Source of the DNA: Aureliella sp.
GTDB lineage: Bacteria > Planctomycetota > Planctomycetia > Pirellulales > Pirellulaceae
Direction: 5' to 3'
DNA length: 64,000 nucleotides
Assembly (NCBI GenBank): GCA_963691875.1
Contig: OY829846.1
Span: forward strand, 1,088,001-1,152,000
Shown: positions 1-10,804 of the stretch, piece by piece
Layout: every line of letters starts with the position of its first letter
Numbering within the stretch: position 1 is the stretch's first letter
Notes under the pieces: generated by a model
The model's input: only the letters and a program-made list of their open reading frames with translations
Database searches by the model: none
Told to the model about the DNA's origin: nothing
Position numbers and translations under genes: made by a program

Positions 1-427
1 GGAAATTCTTACCAACCTCACGCAGGAAATCGATGTACGACCAGCTGCCCATCCAGTCGAAATTATTGACTAATAATGCAGGCTGATCCGCGGTGAAATC
101 GAGAAAGCGGCTCATCTGCTCGCGCAGGCCGTTGACATTTTCTTCCAGGATTGCCGGCGACAAAAGGTTGCGTTCTTGGCTTTTGCCACTGGGATCTCCA
201 ATCATTCCCGTCGCGCCGCCAACCAACGCGATCGGACGGTGCCCGAACTGTTGGAATCGTCGGAGAGTCATCAGCGGCAGTAGGCTACCCGCATGCAAGC
301 TGGAGGCGGTTGGATCAAACCCCACGTAAACCGTTTGCGGCTTGGAGAGCAGTTCGGTCAGTTCCCTTTCGTCCGTGCTTTGATGCAGTAGGCCCCGCCA
401 GCGGAGTTCTACCAAAATGTCTTTCAT
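1..427 (-). CDS. tyrS: Tyrosyl-tRNA synthetase, 5' part (runs off the window start)
   Basis: Manual translation from ATG at 427: [52 protein letters not shown]...[19 protein letters not shown]...NNFDW. These are class Ic TyrRS motifs (GFDPTA, HIGH-like [16 protein letters not shown]). Not in the ORF track because the stop is outside the window. Confidence 0.96.
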   Translation of the reverse strand, partial: MKDILVELRWRGLLHQSTDERELTELLSKPQTVYVGFDPTASSLHAGSLLPLMTLRRFQQFGHRPIALVGGATGMIGDPSGKSQERNLLSPAILEENVNGLREQMSRFLDFTADQPALLVNNFDWMGSWSYIDFLREVGKNF

Positions 428-518
428 TGCTTCTGATACTTCCAGGAAAGGTTCTGTGTGCCTGCCAGCATGGATGCAGGTCGTCAGCCGTCAGCTCGCG
501 ATGATTCTCAATCATGCG

Positions 519-1253
519 TTACTCGAAGGGAAATGCCTTCGGTTTCGGTCTGGCTCTCAGAGCCAGCTGCACGAACTTCAAGTCCGCTCGGGTTGTTACT
601 TTAATGTTCAATGGGCTCCCTTCAACCACTGTTACCGTTTCACCCTGTGCTTCCATTAACGAGGCTTCATCCGTTGCACGGCTGGCGTTTTCACTGGCGG
701 CATAGGCCCTAAGAAGCTTTTCTCGATTGAAAACTTGCGGAGTTTGGGCAAGCCAGACGTTGTCGCGGGGCACCGTTTCAACAACGGCATTCTCTTGGTT
801 TGTGCGCTTCAAAGTAGCGGAACAGCGGGTGCCGAGTAGGGCTGCTCCTGTTTTCCGAACTTCTGCGAACACCGCATCAATATCGGCTTCGCTAATGCAG
901 GGACGAGCCGCGTCGTGAATCGCAACGAACTCCAAATCCTCTCGAACGACCTCCAGTGCATTGCGAACACTGTCGGCTCGCTCTGCGCCACCGAGCACTG
1001 TTTGAATCCCAAGGATGGCCGCGTTGGCGCCGAACTTCTGCTTGAAATCCTCTTCGTCCTCTGGCGAGATTACAATCAACAACTGCCCCACATCATCACG
1101 TGCAGAAAACTTTTCCGCTGAGAAAAGCCACAATGGCTTCGTTTCGATGGTCGTAAAGACCTTCTTTGTGTTCGGATCACCAAACCGGCTACTCTTCCCC
1201 GCCGCCGCCAAAATCACAGCAAATTTACTCACGCTCAATTTTTCCTGTAGCAA
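519..1253 (-). CDS. ispD: 2-C-methyl-D-erythritol 4-phosphate cytidylyltransferase
   Basis: ILAAAGKSSRFG, GGAERADSV, IHDAARP, AQTPQVF, ATDEASL, NIKVTT motifs. True start may be GTG at 1232. Confidence 0.93.
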   Translation of the reverse strand: MLQEKLSVSKFAVILAAAGKSSRFGDPNTKKVFTTIETKPLWLFSAEKFSARDDVGQLLIVISPEDEEDFKQKFGANAAILGIQTVLGGAERADSVRNALEVVREDLEFVAIHDAARPCISEADIDAVFAEVRKTGAALLGTRCSATLKRTNQENAVVETVPRDNVWLAQTPQVFNREKLLRAYAASENASRATDEASLMEAQGETVTVVEGSPLNIKVTTRADLKFVQLALRARPKPKAFPFE

Positions 1254-1333
1254 ACGTTTGGGGATCCGAAAGCGAATTGCCTTCGCTATTCTAGATGCAG
1301 GTCGGCATTGTAGGCTTTTTCCGAGGTGATATT

Positions 1334-2458
1334 TTGAAGTTTGAGCGTGTTGCGATTGAGGCGATTGGCTTTACCTTGCCGCCAGAAGTGGTGACGTCGG
1401 CGAATATCGAGACGTCGCTTGGTCCGGTCTACGAAAGGCTGAAATTGCCCGAGGGTCGGCTAGCTCTGATGAGTGGAATCGATGAGCGTCGATTCTGGAA
1501 GCCTGGAACCGCGATTGGCGCACCAAGTGCTGAAAGTGCGAGGAACGCCTTAGAGGCGACTCACCTCGAACCCAATGACATCGGTTGCTTGATTCATGCA
1601 AGTGTTTGCCGAGATTACTTAGAACCGGCTACTGCATGCCGAGTTCACGCTGAATTAGGCTTGGGAAATGATTGCTGGGTCTACGATTTGTCCAACGCAT
1701 GCTTGGGAATTCTGTCCGGCATGGTTCAGATCGCCACAATGATCGAGCGTGGAGCCATACGCGCTGGCATCGTTGTTGGTACGGAGAGTGGACGAAATCT
1801 GGTCGAGTCGACTATAGCGGCTTTGAATGCAGACGAGTCGCTGACACGTAAATCGATCAAACCGTCCTTTGCGTCGCTAACGATTGGCTCAGGCAGCTGC
1901 GCCATTTTGCTTTGCGACCGTGAATTGAGTCAGACAGGCAATCGTTTGGAAGCTTGTGTTGCGCGAGCAGAGTGCGAGCATCATAAGTTGTGCCAAAGCG
2001 ATACCGATCAAGCTGGCGCTGGCATGCAGCCTCTGATGCAAACCGACTCCGAACAACTTTTGCACGCGGGAGTCGGCGTCGGAGTTCGCACCTTTGAGCA
2101 ACTGCTTGGCGAGGGCTATGAAAGAGCAGATTGGGACCGAACCGTTTGCCATCAAGTTGGCTCGACGCACCGCAATCTCATGTTGGAGTCGCTCGACATG
2201 CCGCTGACCCAAGATGTTTCTACGTTTCGTTGGCTGGGAAATACCGGCTCGGTTGCCTTGCCAACGGCACTCGCGATGGGCTTGTTGAGTGAACAGATTC
2301 AGCCTGGGCAACAAGCCGCTTTGCTGGGTATCGGCTCTGGAATCAACTCAGTCATGCTGGCTACGCACTGGGAACGCCCCTCGGTAGCCGGGATATTAGA
2401 CGAGAACGCAAAAAAGAATCTGAGTCTTGAGTCAGCAGCCCCATCACCGGTGAATTGA
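1334..2458 (+). CDS. oleA: OleA-type acyl-CoA condensing enzyme (3-oxoacyl-ACP synthase III-like)
   Basis: HASVCRDYLEPATA (OleA-type Glu motif), catalytic NACLG, HQVG, GNTGSVALP, GIGSGIN. TTG start at 1334 follows GAGGTG. Confidence 0.75.
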   Translation: MKFERVAIEAIGFTLPPEVVTSANIETSLGPVYERLKLPEGRLALMSGIDERRFWKPGTAIGAPSAESARNALEATHLEPNDIGCLIHASVCRDYLEPATACRVHAELGLGNDCWVYDLSNACLGILSGMVQIATMIERGAIRAGIVVGTESGRNLVESTIAALNADESLTRKSIKPSFASLTIGSGSCAILLCDRELSQTGNRLEACVARAECEHHKLCQSDTDQAGAGMQPLMQTDSEQLLHAGVGVGVRTFEQLLGEGYERADWDRTVCHQVGSTHRNLMLESLDMPLTQDVSTFRWLGNTGSVALPTALAMGLLSEQIQPGQQAALLGIGSGINSVMLATHWERPSVAGILDENAKKNLSLESAAPSPVN

Positions 2459-3299
2459 GCTCCGACATCCTCGTCATGCTTGCCCGATGCTCAAATGGAT
2501 TTCCCGCTGCAATGTATCGTGATCGGCATTAGCTCCTCAAAATGGGCTAAAAGCGATTGTGGAAATAGAAGACTTCGAAATACTGCTTCCTGTGGAGAAC
2601 ACTGCGGCCGACTTTTATCGACTGGTAGGGGAACCGCAACACTTCAAAATTGTTGAGACTACGAGCGATTCACGGCCAGTCGCAGAGCACTTTTGTCCTC
2701 CCTAATACTGCATCTATTTTTCACCCCGTGAACCGATTGAAGTCTACACGGTCGGGCAGCAACACATTGGCGTCGTACGGAATACAGCCAAGGCGAAGCA
2801 TTCATCGATCTCGGAATGATGGTTGGGTTCCTGCGTTTCGAAGATATGCATCTCAAGCAAGACAATTCTAAGGCCGATCAATTCCGAACAGTTACAATCG
2901 CCGGTGTAGAGATGGAGCAAAAGGACTCTTACTGAAGCGAGAACGTCACTTCCGCGAAGGTCAAACAAGGTCAGAAGCAATTGCTTCCAGAAAATGGAGC
3001 TCAGGCGCGTTAAATTAATCGGATTTATGAATCTCGACCAACTAGACCAATACGCCAAAAATGTCGATCTTCGGGTCGCTCAAGTCTCGCAGAAAACGCG
3101 TTTGGCGACCATAAATAAATACCCGGAGCATGTCATGCCTGCTTGCAAGGCGAAGAGTACGGATGCGACAATACGTCAGCGGCGGTCACTCACTGCTATT
3201 GCGTTATATGGAATGCGAAACCTCGAACGTTTGCACCTCCATCCGCCCCACAGCAAACGGTTTTAGAACTCCATCGCACGAAACCTGTGCGCAAAGCAT

Positions 3300-5923
3300 A
3301 TGACAAAGATCCTAGAGAATACTTGGTGGTCCCTGCGATGGTTGCTGCTGCTATGGATGCTGGCCTTAACAGGTTGCGGTGGGTGTTTCTCCAGCTCGGA
3401 CGAAAAAAAACTAACGAAAGAAGAACTGGAAAAGAAGGCTAAGGAACAGCGTGAGTCGCTGGAGTGGAAGGATCTAGTCTCCCTACCTGCTGACAGCGAT
3501 GCGAAATTCTTGTTTGCCAAGCCTGGCCACTGGATGGAATCGCGGCAAGTTTTTAAGTCGAACCGCGAAGATCTGCAGATTGTCGCAGTCAACGCTTTGA
3601 CACGGGCCGGCAAGGAATTGCGAATCCCTGGCACGAATTTCACCAACGAATTCACACGGCGCACGAGTTTGCCGAAGGGACAAGAAAAGAATATTGACCT
3701 GCAGTGCTTTGTGCCCTCTTCCTCTGTCGTGCAAGATAACTTTTCGGCGGTCAGCACTCGCCTGACTTTTCGGACAGAGCTGCTTTCATATCCGTTGATG
3801 ACCCCCATCCTGCAAGCACCAGCGATCAAGACGGCGGAAGAGCTGAAGGACAATGAGTTCCAGCTGGTCGTCTTGGGGCCGAAACCGCGAGCCTACTCCT
3901 ACCTAACGGTCCTTGATGCAATCTATTGGTCAGGCGACGAGTTGATGACTGACGAACGGGTTCGCAGTTATCGCGTCACCATGGCCAACCCCGTCAACAA
4001 CAAATATGCTCTGCCAAAATCACTTTTAACAATGACGACCGTCGCGGTGATTCTTTGGGATGACGTCGATCCGACACCTTGTACGACGATCAAAAACGAG
4101 CGATTGTTGACTGGATCCACTGGGGGGGCCAAATTGTGGTCAGCGGGCCAAATAGCTGGGCTCGATTAGAGAATTCTTTCCTCAGCCCATATCTGCCAGC
4201 AGCTTCGGCGAGTCCAACTGAGTTGACCTCTGACAGTTTTGCGAGCATCTCTCAGCATTGGATGACTGATGACCTCAACCGGAACAATCCAAGTCGTGCC
4301 ATTGAAATCGTAGGCGACCCAATCAGTGGAGTGAGTTTTGAGCTCAAGGAAGGTTCGCAATGGCTACCGGAAACCGGAAAAATGGTAGCCGAGAATCAAG
4401 TTGGCCGTGGCCGGGTTGTTATGACCTCTTTTCCGCTCAATGACCCACAAATTTTTCGTTGGCAGTATTACTCTAGCTTCTTCTCAACGGGCCTTTTGCG
4501 ACGGCATCCGCGAACTATCACAACGAAAACGCAAAACAGACTACCTACTCAAGTTTGGACAGCACCTTTTGAAAGCTCCATTCGCGATGCACGATTGCAT
4601 AGCAATTTGCGCATCCTGACTCGCGATCTTCCTCAGGTAAATTTACGAAGCAAATCAGATGGGGAGGATCAGGCAGAGTTGGATGACGAAACTTTGGCCG
4701 GCCAAGGCGGAGATGCATTCGTGCGGGTGAAGGAAAACAAACTGAACACGCCGGAGAAGCACGAAGCTATGCAGTGGGGAGGTCGTGGAGCAGCTTGGAA
4801 CGATTACTCCGGCATGTCCTATCAAGCCATCAATGCGCTGCGTTCGGCGGCCGGAATCGAGTTGCCTTCGCGAACGACGATCGTCTATTTGCTCGGCGGC
4901 TACTTGTTGCTCTTAGTCCCTTTGAACTGGGCTTTCTTCCGGCTGGTTGGGCGTCTTGAATTTGCTTGGATCGCCGCGCCCGTTATGGCTATCACGGGAG
5001 CTTTGGTTGTCACCAAAGTCGCCCGGCTGGATATCGGATTTGCTCGTCGCACGACTGAGATCGCTGTCTTGGAATTGCATGGCACGCATGACCGCGGTCA
5101 CTTGACTCAATACCTAGCGCTCTACACTTCCTTGTCCACGAACTACGCAGTGCAATTCCCTGAAAATGACAGCGTTGCTCTGCCCCTGGGGAATTTTTCA
5201 CGAGACTTCCGGCGAGCAGGCAGCGGCGAGCGAGCTCTACGAACGAATTACGGTCGAGCAGATGGAGTCACCTTGGAGCCGCTCACCGTTTACTCAAGCT
5301 CAACGGAAATGTTGCATGCAGAGCAAATGGTATCGCTTGACGGTGGCTTGCGTCTTGGTAGCCGCAGCGACGGTGCGGCCGCACTCAAGAATGACACTGG
5401 AATCGAATTGAAAGGCGCACTTGTTCTGCGGCGAAATGTCCGCGGTGCGGTAGAGATGGCTTGGCTCGGCGAGCTTGCTTCAGAGCAGACCGCCACACTC
5501 GATTTCAAGCCGACAGACGGTGCCCCCACAACGCTTTGGAGCGAGTGGGATGCCGACCCGATTACCCGGCGGCAACTGCCCGGAAAAGATGGCAATGCAG
5601 AACAACTTTGGCTGGGTGGAGTACTGAAGGACCTGGTCACCAAGACACCGCTAATGCCTGGACAAACGCGTTTATTCGGCTACACGGAGAATCGCTTAGG
5701 GCGGCTTAAAGTCTCGCCCAACGAGGATCAGTATTCTGGTTGTTGCGTGGTTGTAGCCCACCTAACTCCAGAGACTCTAGGCGTGCCTGTGGCAGAGCCA
5801 CGTATTCGCAGCCGAGGCAAGGGAGCGGAGCAAAGAAAAGGAGATCTAGAAAACGCCGTTCGTGAGAATTTGAAGTACAGTCCAGACGAGTCAGCGGAAT
5901 CCGCAGACGGCGTTAACCGGTGA
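3300..5923 (+). pseudogene. Large membrane lipoprotein (~874 aa if repaired) split by a single frameshift; probable ABC-system partner
   Basis: ORFs 3300..4169 and 4079..5923 join seamlessly as WDDVDP-[D]TL-YDDQKRAIVDWIHWGG if one base is restored at ~4071-4078. N-terminal lipobox-like LALTGC and two TM helices in the C-terminal half. Could be a sequencing error. Confidence 0.7.
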
Positions 5924-6003
5924 TCGTAAGCGTTGAACACAAATCTGAATTACAAACCCTAAAGGCGGAATGTTTTCGCTCAAGCCGAGGTATTTGACGA
6001 TAG

Positions 6004-6930
6004 ATGATTGAGCTTTTTGATTTTGGTAAAGACTACGGCGACTTCACGGCAGTCCAGTCGTTGAATCTGAAGATTGAAGCTGGAGAGATGTTTGGCTTTA
6101 TCGGGCCGAACGGGGCCGGCAAGAGTACGACAATTCGTTACCTGGCTACGTTGCTCAAGGCCTCTAGAGGGGACGCAACGGTCAATGGGCACAGTGTGAA
6201 TAAGGATCCGATGGCCGTTCGCCGCAGTATCGGATACATGCCTGACGATTTCGGGGTTTACGACGGGATGAAAGTATGGGAGTTCTTGGACTTCTTCGCC
6301 GTTGCTTACAAGATCGGTAGATCGCAGCGTAAGAAAGTTATCATTGATGTCCTTGAGCTCTTGGACTTGGCCCACAAACGTGACGACTTTGTGAACGGTC
6401 TTTCTCGAGGCATGAAGCAGCGTTTGTGCTTGGCGAAGACTTTAGTTCACGATCCACCAGTGCTGATTCTCGATGAACCGACCAGTGGATTGGACCCGCG
6501 TGCTCGTATCGAAGTCAAGGCACTGCTCAAAGAGCTGAAACGAATGGGAAAGACCATTCTTATCAGTAGCCATATCCTATCTGAACTCGCCGATTGCTGT
6601 TCGTCGATCGGAATCATAGAACGTGGGCAGCTTTTGATGAGTGGTCCTATCGAGAATGTCTATCGCCAGATTAGACGCAATCGCGTCGTCGACATCCGAT
6701 TCAATGACAAGGCAGAAGCAGGTATCTCGATTCTCAGATCCTGTCCTGAACTCCGCGACATCGACATAGACGGCGATCGTGTTGTTGTCGAGTTGGAGGC
6801 GGACGACCAGCAGCTTGCCGACATCATGAACCGCATTATGGAAGAAGGCATTCCGATGCGAAGCTTCAACGATCAAGAGCCAACGCTTGAAGACGTCTTC
6901 ATGATGGTCACCAAGGGACTCGTGACCTAG
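6004..6930 (+). CDS. ABC transporter ATP-binding protein (ABC-2/multidrug type)
   Basis: Walker A GPNGAGKST, signature LSRGMKQR, Walker B LILDEP, H-loop SSH. Confidence 0.93.
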   Translation: MIELFDFGKDYGDFTAVQSLNLKIEAGEMFGFIGPNGAGKSTTIRYLATLLKASRGDATVNGHSVNKDPMAVRRSIGYMPDDFGVYDGMKVWEFLDFFAVAYKIGRSQRKKVIIDVLELLDLAHKRDDFVNGLSRGMKQRLCLAKTLVHDPPVLILDEPTSGLDPRARIEVKALLKELKRMGKTILISSHILSELADCCSSIGIIERGQLLMSGPIENVYRQIRRNRVVDIRFNDKAEAGISILRSCPELRDIDIDGDRVVVELEADDQQLADIMNRIMEEGIPMRSFNDQEPTLEDVFMMVTKGLVT

Positions 6931-6960
6931 TGACCTAGTGACCTAGTGACCTAGTGACCT
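6922..6960. repeat. 8-bp tandem repeat (GTGACCTA) x ~4.9 starting in the last codons of the ABC ATPase
   Basis: Sequence reads gtgaccta gtgaccta gtgaccta gtgaccta gtgacct. Confidence 0.95.
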
Positions 6961-7029
6961 GTCAAACTCGAACGAAAACGTTGTGGACTCGCCAAAATTC
7001 ACTATTTCATCTCTGGACGAGCCAATCAA

Positions 7030-7790
7030 CGCCATCTACCAGATGCACCTTGTCGTAAAAAAGAGTTTTGAGACGGTCGTCGTGGCAAAGTGCTCTATTT
7101 CTGCTTCATTCAGTTTGCCACTTGCCCCATGCTAAATGGGGGTGACCATTGTTGAATTGATGATTCGGCGGCAGTTTTCATCGCGTTTAGGAATTGACGC
7201 GGTGTGCAGAACGCCCTGCCACCTAGGGTTCGAATCCCACGCTTCGTCATAACCGCTCGAAGAATTGTAAACGCATGGGATCCGGTGGTATTCATTGTTA
7301 AGCTATAGGACTCTCGATGTGTACCTAGTCAGTAATTCGCGACCATTATGCAATATCGGATTGTGCTGCTGCAGAAACTCAGCAGGGGTCATACCCATCC
7401 CGTGAGAGCATCTCAAATAGTCTGACAGCTCATACTCGGAGGCGACCTGAGATGGCTCGTAGCCCAGCATCAAAAAACACTCTCTGGGCCGCCATCAAGA
7501 TGCGGGCGTGTCGTTTCTTGTTGATCAGACCTCGCAGCAGGCAAATAAACCAGCTTCATGCCGCGCTGCTCCTGATGTAACTGTGACATCACAGCGCTAT
7601 GCTTGAGTCTGGTCCGCCGAAGTCCGGTTGAGGCTGCATTTGCTCCTAAATCAATCAAACAAAAGCCCTGCCCCTCAAAATGGGGCCGAAAAGTCCGTCG
7701 TTAGGCAAAGCTTGCGACTGCATCGATTGGCGTGCCGAAACCGAAATAGCAGAAATCTTCGGTAGACCACTTCGCTGCGTCAACCGTCGA
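7030..7790 (-). pseudogene. Decayed conserved hypothetical gene
   Basis: Pieces read as one protein: ...*RRTFRPHFEGQGFCLIDLG...ARSDQQETTRPHLDGGPE/[frameshift ~7470]/LMLGYEPSQVASEYELSDYLRCSHGMGMTPAEFLQQHNP...VL*...WQGVLHTASIP...RRIINSTMVTPI*...YDKVHL. At least three in-frame stops and one frameshift. Boundaries approximate; family resemblance is from memory. Confidence 0.65.
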
Positions 7791-7816
7791 TGTTTCGTCC
7801 TGAATTTCGAGAGTAC

Positions 7817-9907
7817 TTACTTCACTGGTAGCCACTGCACGCCGTCGACGATGACGTGGCCATCTGCTCCTTTATTCGTTACAGTCAACTTGCCTTCGCT
7901 TGCGAACTCGAAGTCGCCAAGTGACAAGAACAATCCTTTGTCAGCTGGCTTCTCGCGCTGATCGATTTTGAAAGCAGAAGTGCCGTTAGCATGTTCAACC
8001 TTCACATCAACATTGCTCGCACGATTGCTGTTCGGAGTGTAGATGAGGCGAACCTCATAGCTACCTAACTTAGGAATCTTTGCCGCGAAGGTAGCTGAGC
8101 AGCTGCCATCCCCTATCGCGCCGTCATGCAAGTACCCTGTGCCGAGATAAGTTGGATGTGAAGTGCTCGATCGCCAGCGGCCCGTCAAAACCGCTTTGGA
8201 ATCGTCAACTACCAGACCGGGTAACCTTCTCGGGTCCAGTCCATTGCCGCTCACGTGGACGGTATGCTCCAGCACCTGTCCGTCTGCCAGGAGCCGAGAC
8301 TTCAGTCTCTCGTATTCGACATCTTGAACTGCAATTCGCTCGTCAATGGCAAGACAAGCTGCCGTCGCCGCACTCTGGCCGAGGATCATGAAAACCGGTT
8401 CCATGCGAATGGAACCAAATGCGATATGGGAACTCGACACGCATACTGGCACCATTAAATTCTCGCACTGCTCCTTCTTAGGAACCAACGATCCATAAGC
8501 GATCTGATAGGGCTTGCAGTGAACGCCGATATCGCCCTCGTTTTGAACGTATCCTTCAGGCGTGATGTATCGTTGCACATTGTGAGAATCGATCGTGTAG
8601 CTGCCCATCCCAACTGACTGGGGAGTCGGGCGCCGTTTGAGTAGTTCGTTTTCCGTCATCACGAATTGTCCGACCATCCGCCGCGCCTCGCGAATGTATA
8701 GCTGGTGTGACCAATTTCCATTGTCCGTGAACTCATCCTTAGGTAGTCCCCAAGTTCGCATTTCTTGCTGAACTTCCTTTGGCACCCGCGGATCATTGGC
8801 GATGAAATACAGCCAACCTTTCTGATAATCTTCGTGCTCCTGGATGATCGCTCGTCGTTCTTCATAAGTCCCTTCAGGATAGCCATAATTCATCCCAATG
8901 TTGTCCGTGCTCATCGGCCCATGGTTATTCGTATCCGTCTTATGATTGGGTATCGGATCGAACTTGCCGAAAGTCTCACGCCAGCCAGCAGCGAAAATTC
9001 GAGCCAACAATTCGTACTGCTTCGGGTCGTAGTTGTCGGGCTTCGAAAACGGAATGCGATTTTCGGGATCGTTCGTCAAGCACATGCGAAAGCAATACGC
9101 CTGGATGCGGTGGTCGCCCGCATGCTTCTCACCGGGTGATTCCGAGCTCACGCGCGCGAGAACGCCGCTTGTCGAATCACCCGGGATGACGTAGGGATCA
9201 ATACGTAGTTTCTTCGGAATAGCGTCGAAGTGATGTCGGTGGTGAAGCACTCCCGTTTGGACACCATTCCAGTCCTCTTCGTAGATGTCCTTCCCCTCAC
9301 GCCCTAGCCTGTAGTCGACGCCGGCGGCAGCCATTAAATCGCCTTCATAGGTAGCGTCAATAAAAATTTTGGCTTTGTAGCTCTTGCCGCTAAGCATCTC
9401 AATGGAGGCGATTCTGCCTGTTTCCATGAAAACTCCGTCTTTACGGTCGAGCCACTCATCCCGATGCACGGTAATGTCGTAGTCCGAGATGAAGCTCTCG
9501 TAGACTCGCTCCGCAACGCTGGGTTCAAAAATCCACATCGTTCGGTTGTTGCCATCGATCGCCGGGGTTCCTTGGCCGCGGCCCCCGTATGCCTCTTTCT
9601 TCTGAAACTTCCAAGTCTCCGGCTTCTCGTATTCCTGCCAGACTCGGTGATAGAAATGACGCGACAGGCCACCGATCACTTCCTTCTTTCCTGTGTCCGT
9701 CCACCCGAGTCCCCCGGAAGAAAGCCCGCCCAGATGTTTATCAGGACCGACAATGATGACCGACTTCCCCATCTTCTTGGCTTGGACGGCGGCGATGACT
9801 CCTGCCGATGTTCCACCGTAGACCACGATATCCGCGCTGTATTGGGCATTTGCACATTGAGTTATCGCAACTGCCAGACAAAACACGATAACGGTTTGGC
9901 GAATCAT
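7817..9907 (-). CDS. Secreted FAD-dependent oxidoreductase with C-terminal xanthan-lyase/golvesin-like beta domain
   Basis: Signal peptide from Met 9907; DIVVYGGTSAGVIAA Rossmann motif, FIDATYEGDL, LYIREARRM, IRMEP; C-terminal VVDD...GYLHDG...VIVDGVQW. Confidence 0.85.
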   Translation of the reverse strand: MIRQTVIVFCLAVAITQCANAQYSADIVVYGGTSAGVIAAVQAKKMGKSVIIVGPDKHLGGLSSGGLGWTDTGKKEVIGGLSRHFYHRVWQEYEKPETWKFQKKEAYGGRGQGTPAIDGNNRTMWIFEPSVAERVYESFISDYDITVHRDEWLDRKDGVFMETGRIASIEMLSGKSYKAKIFIDATYEGDLMAAAGVDYRLGREGKDIYEEDWNGVQTGVLHHRHHFDAIPKKLRIDPYVIPGDSTSGVLARVSSESPGEKHAGDHRIQAYCFRMCLTNDPENRIPFSKPDNYDPKQYELLARIFAAGWRETFGKFDPIPNHKTDTNNHGPMSTDNIGMNYGYPEGTYEERRAIIQEHEDYQKGWLYFIANDPRVPKEVQQEMRTWGLPKDEFTDNGNWSHQLYIREARRMVGQFVMTENELLKRRPTPQSVGMGSYTIDSHNVQRYITPEGYVQNEGDIGVHCKPYQIAYGSLVPKKEQCENLMVPVCVSSSHIAFGSIRMEPVFMILGQSAATAACLAIDERIAVQDVEYERLKSRLLADGQVLEHTVHVSGNGLDPRRLPGLVVDDSKAVLTGRWRSSTSHPTYLGTGYLHDGAIGDGSCSATFAAKIPKLGSYEVRLIYTPNSNRASNVDVKVEHANGTSAFKIDQREKPADKGLFLSLGDFEFASEGKLTVTNKGADGHVIVDGVQWLPVK

Positions 9908-10066
9908 GGGATGCAGGGCCTGAGCGAAGCGAATGGGAATAGTGACATTGGATACTCGATTATGACATTTAGTGCGTGACTCGACCATATAAAGAAAAAC
10001 AGGCCCAATGCGGACTCAACCATCCGTTCGCCGGGATACAAGTCTTTGGGCACTAGAGAGTCAGAC

Positions 10067-10588
10067 TTAGCTCAATTTAGCCTTGATGGACTCCACAGTT
10101 GGACGGTCGTGTGGTTCGGAGCTTACATAGTGCACCCGCACGATTCCATGAGGATCGATCAAAACGTCCCCACCAAGCTGTCGAAAGTCTTCTCCAAACC
10201 TCCCAAGCTTTGTACCTCCGAGCATCAGCCGCAGGTGCTTCCAGGCGTTCGTAGGCCCGAAAGTGTCCCACCAACTCGCTTCCCCCATTCCGTAGGACCG
10301 GTAAAGCCTTCGCTGCCGATCAATCAGAATTGGCCACTTCAGTTCGTCCGCCAAGGAATAACTGCGGGCCAGATCGGGCGAGTCAAAAGTGACGATCGCG
10401 ACAGACACTTTTCGAGAATCGAAGAATTCCGCTTCCTGCCGCAACTGCGTCAGATGATGCCTGCACGGCAGTCAACCAAGATGACGGTGAAAAACGAGGA
10501 GAAGCCAACGACCGCGAAAATCACTTTTGCTCAAGCTTTCGCCAGTCGCCGTTGGCAAATCAAAGTCTGTGGCGGGCTTACCCAGCAT
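10067..10588 (-). CDS. Peroxiredoxin-like (AhpC/TSA, SelL/SelU-related) selenoprotein, 173 aa, Sec at codon 39
   Basis: ATG 10588: MLGKPATDFDLPTATGESLSKSDFRGRWLLLVFHRHLG-TGA(10474-10472)-LPCRHHLTQLRQ..., continuing in frame into ORF 10067..10444 (...QLGGDVLIDPHG...PHDRP). UGA sits at the first position of the thioredoxin-fold CxxC and is followed by a SECIS-like hairpin. Confidence 0.9.
10436..10453 (-). promoter_or_regulatory. Putative bacterial SECIS element
   Basis: mRNA CUG-A-CGC-[AGUU]-GCG-G-CAG. The loop starts 25 nt after the in-frame UGA and has G at loop position 2. Confidence 0.7.
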
Positions 10589-10804
10589 AATTCTTATCAA
10601 AAGGAGTTCGGTGAGCCGGATTCAGGCAAATTGCAACTGCGCAGCGTTTGGATCACACTATGTTTCCTTAGTAGAGCCGTGGCGACAAGTCCCAGGTGCG
10701 ATGGCGTCATGTAGAAAATACTGTCGCGTTGGTCGCCATAAACCACTGCTGTGAATCATGAGCCCGAACTTTCCCGCCTTGTTTCCTTCACGAGCCCACA
10801 TCAA

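Noticed and set aside
2600..3266. Leucine-rich-repeat gene remnant
   Set aside because: Only faint LxxLxL-like words (GMRNLERLHL); too weak to call.
7226..7238. tRNA T-arm-like GGGTTCGAATCCC (possible tRNA or att-site remnant)
   Set aside because: No acceptor, D or anticodon arms; it is explained as the W-D-S-N-P codons of the minus-strand pseudogene.
10046..10714. 222-aa plus-strand ORF
   Set aside because: Antisense shadow of the Prx-like selenoprotein gene; no protein-like features.
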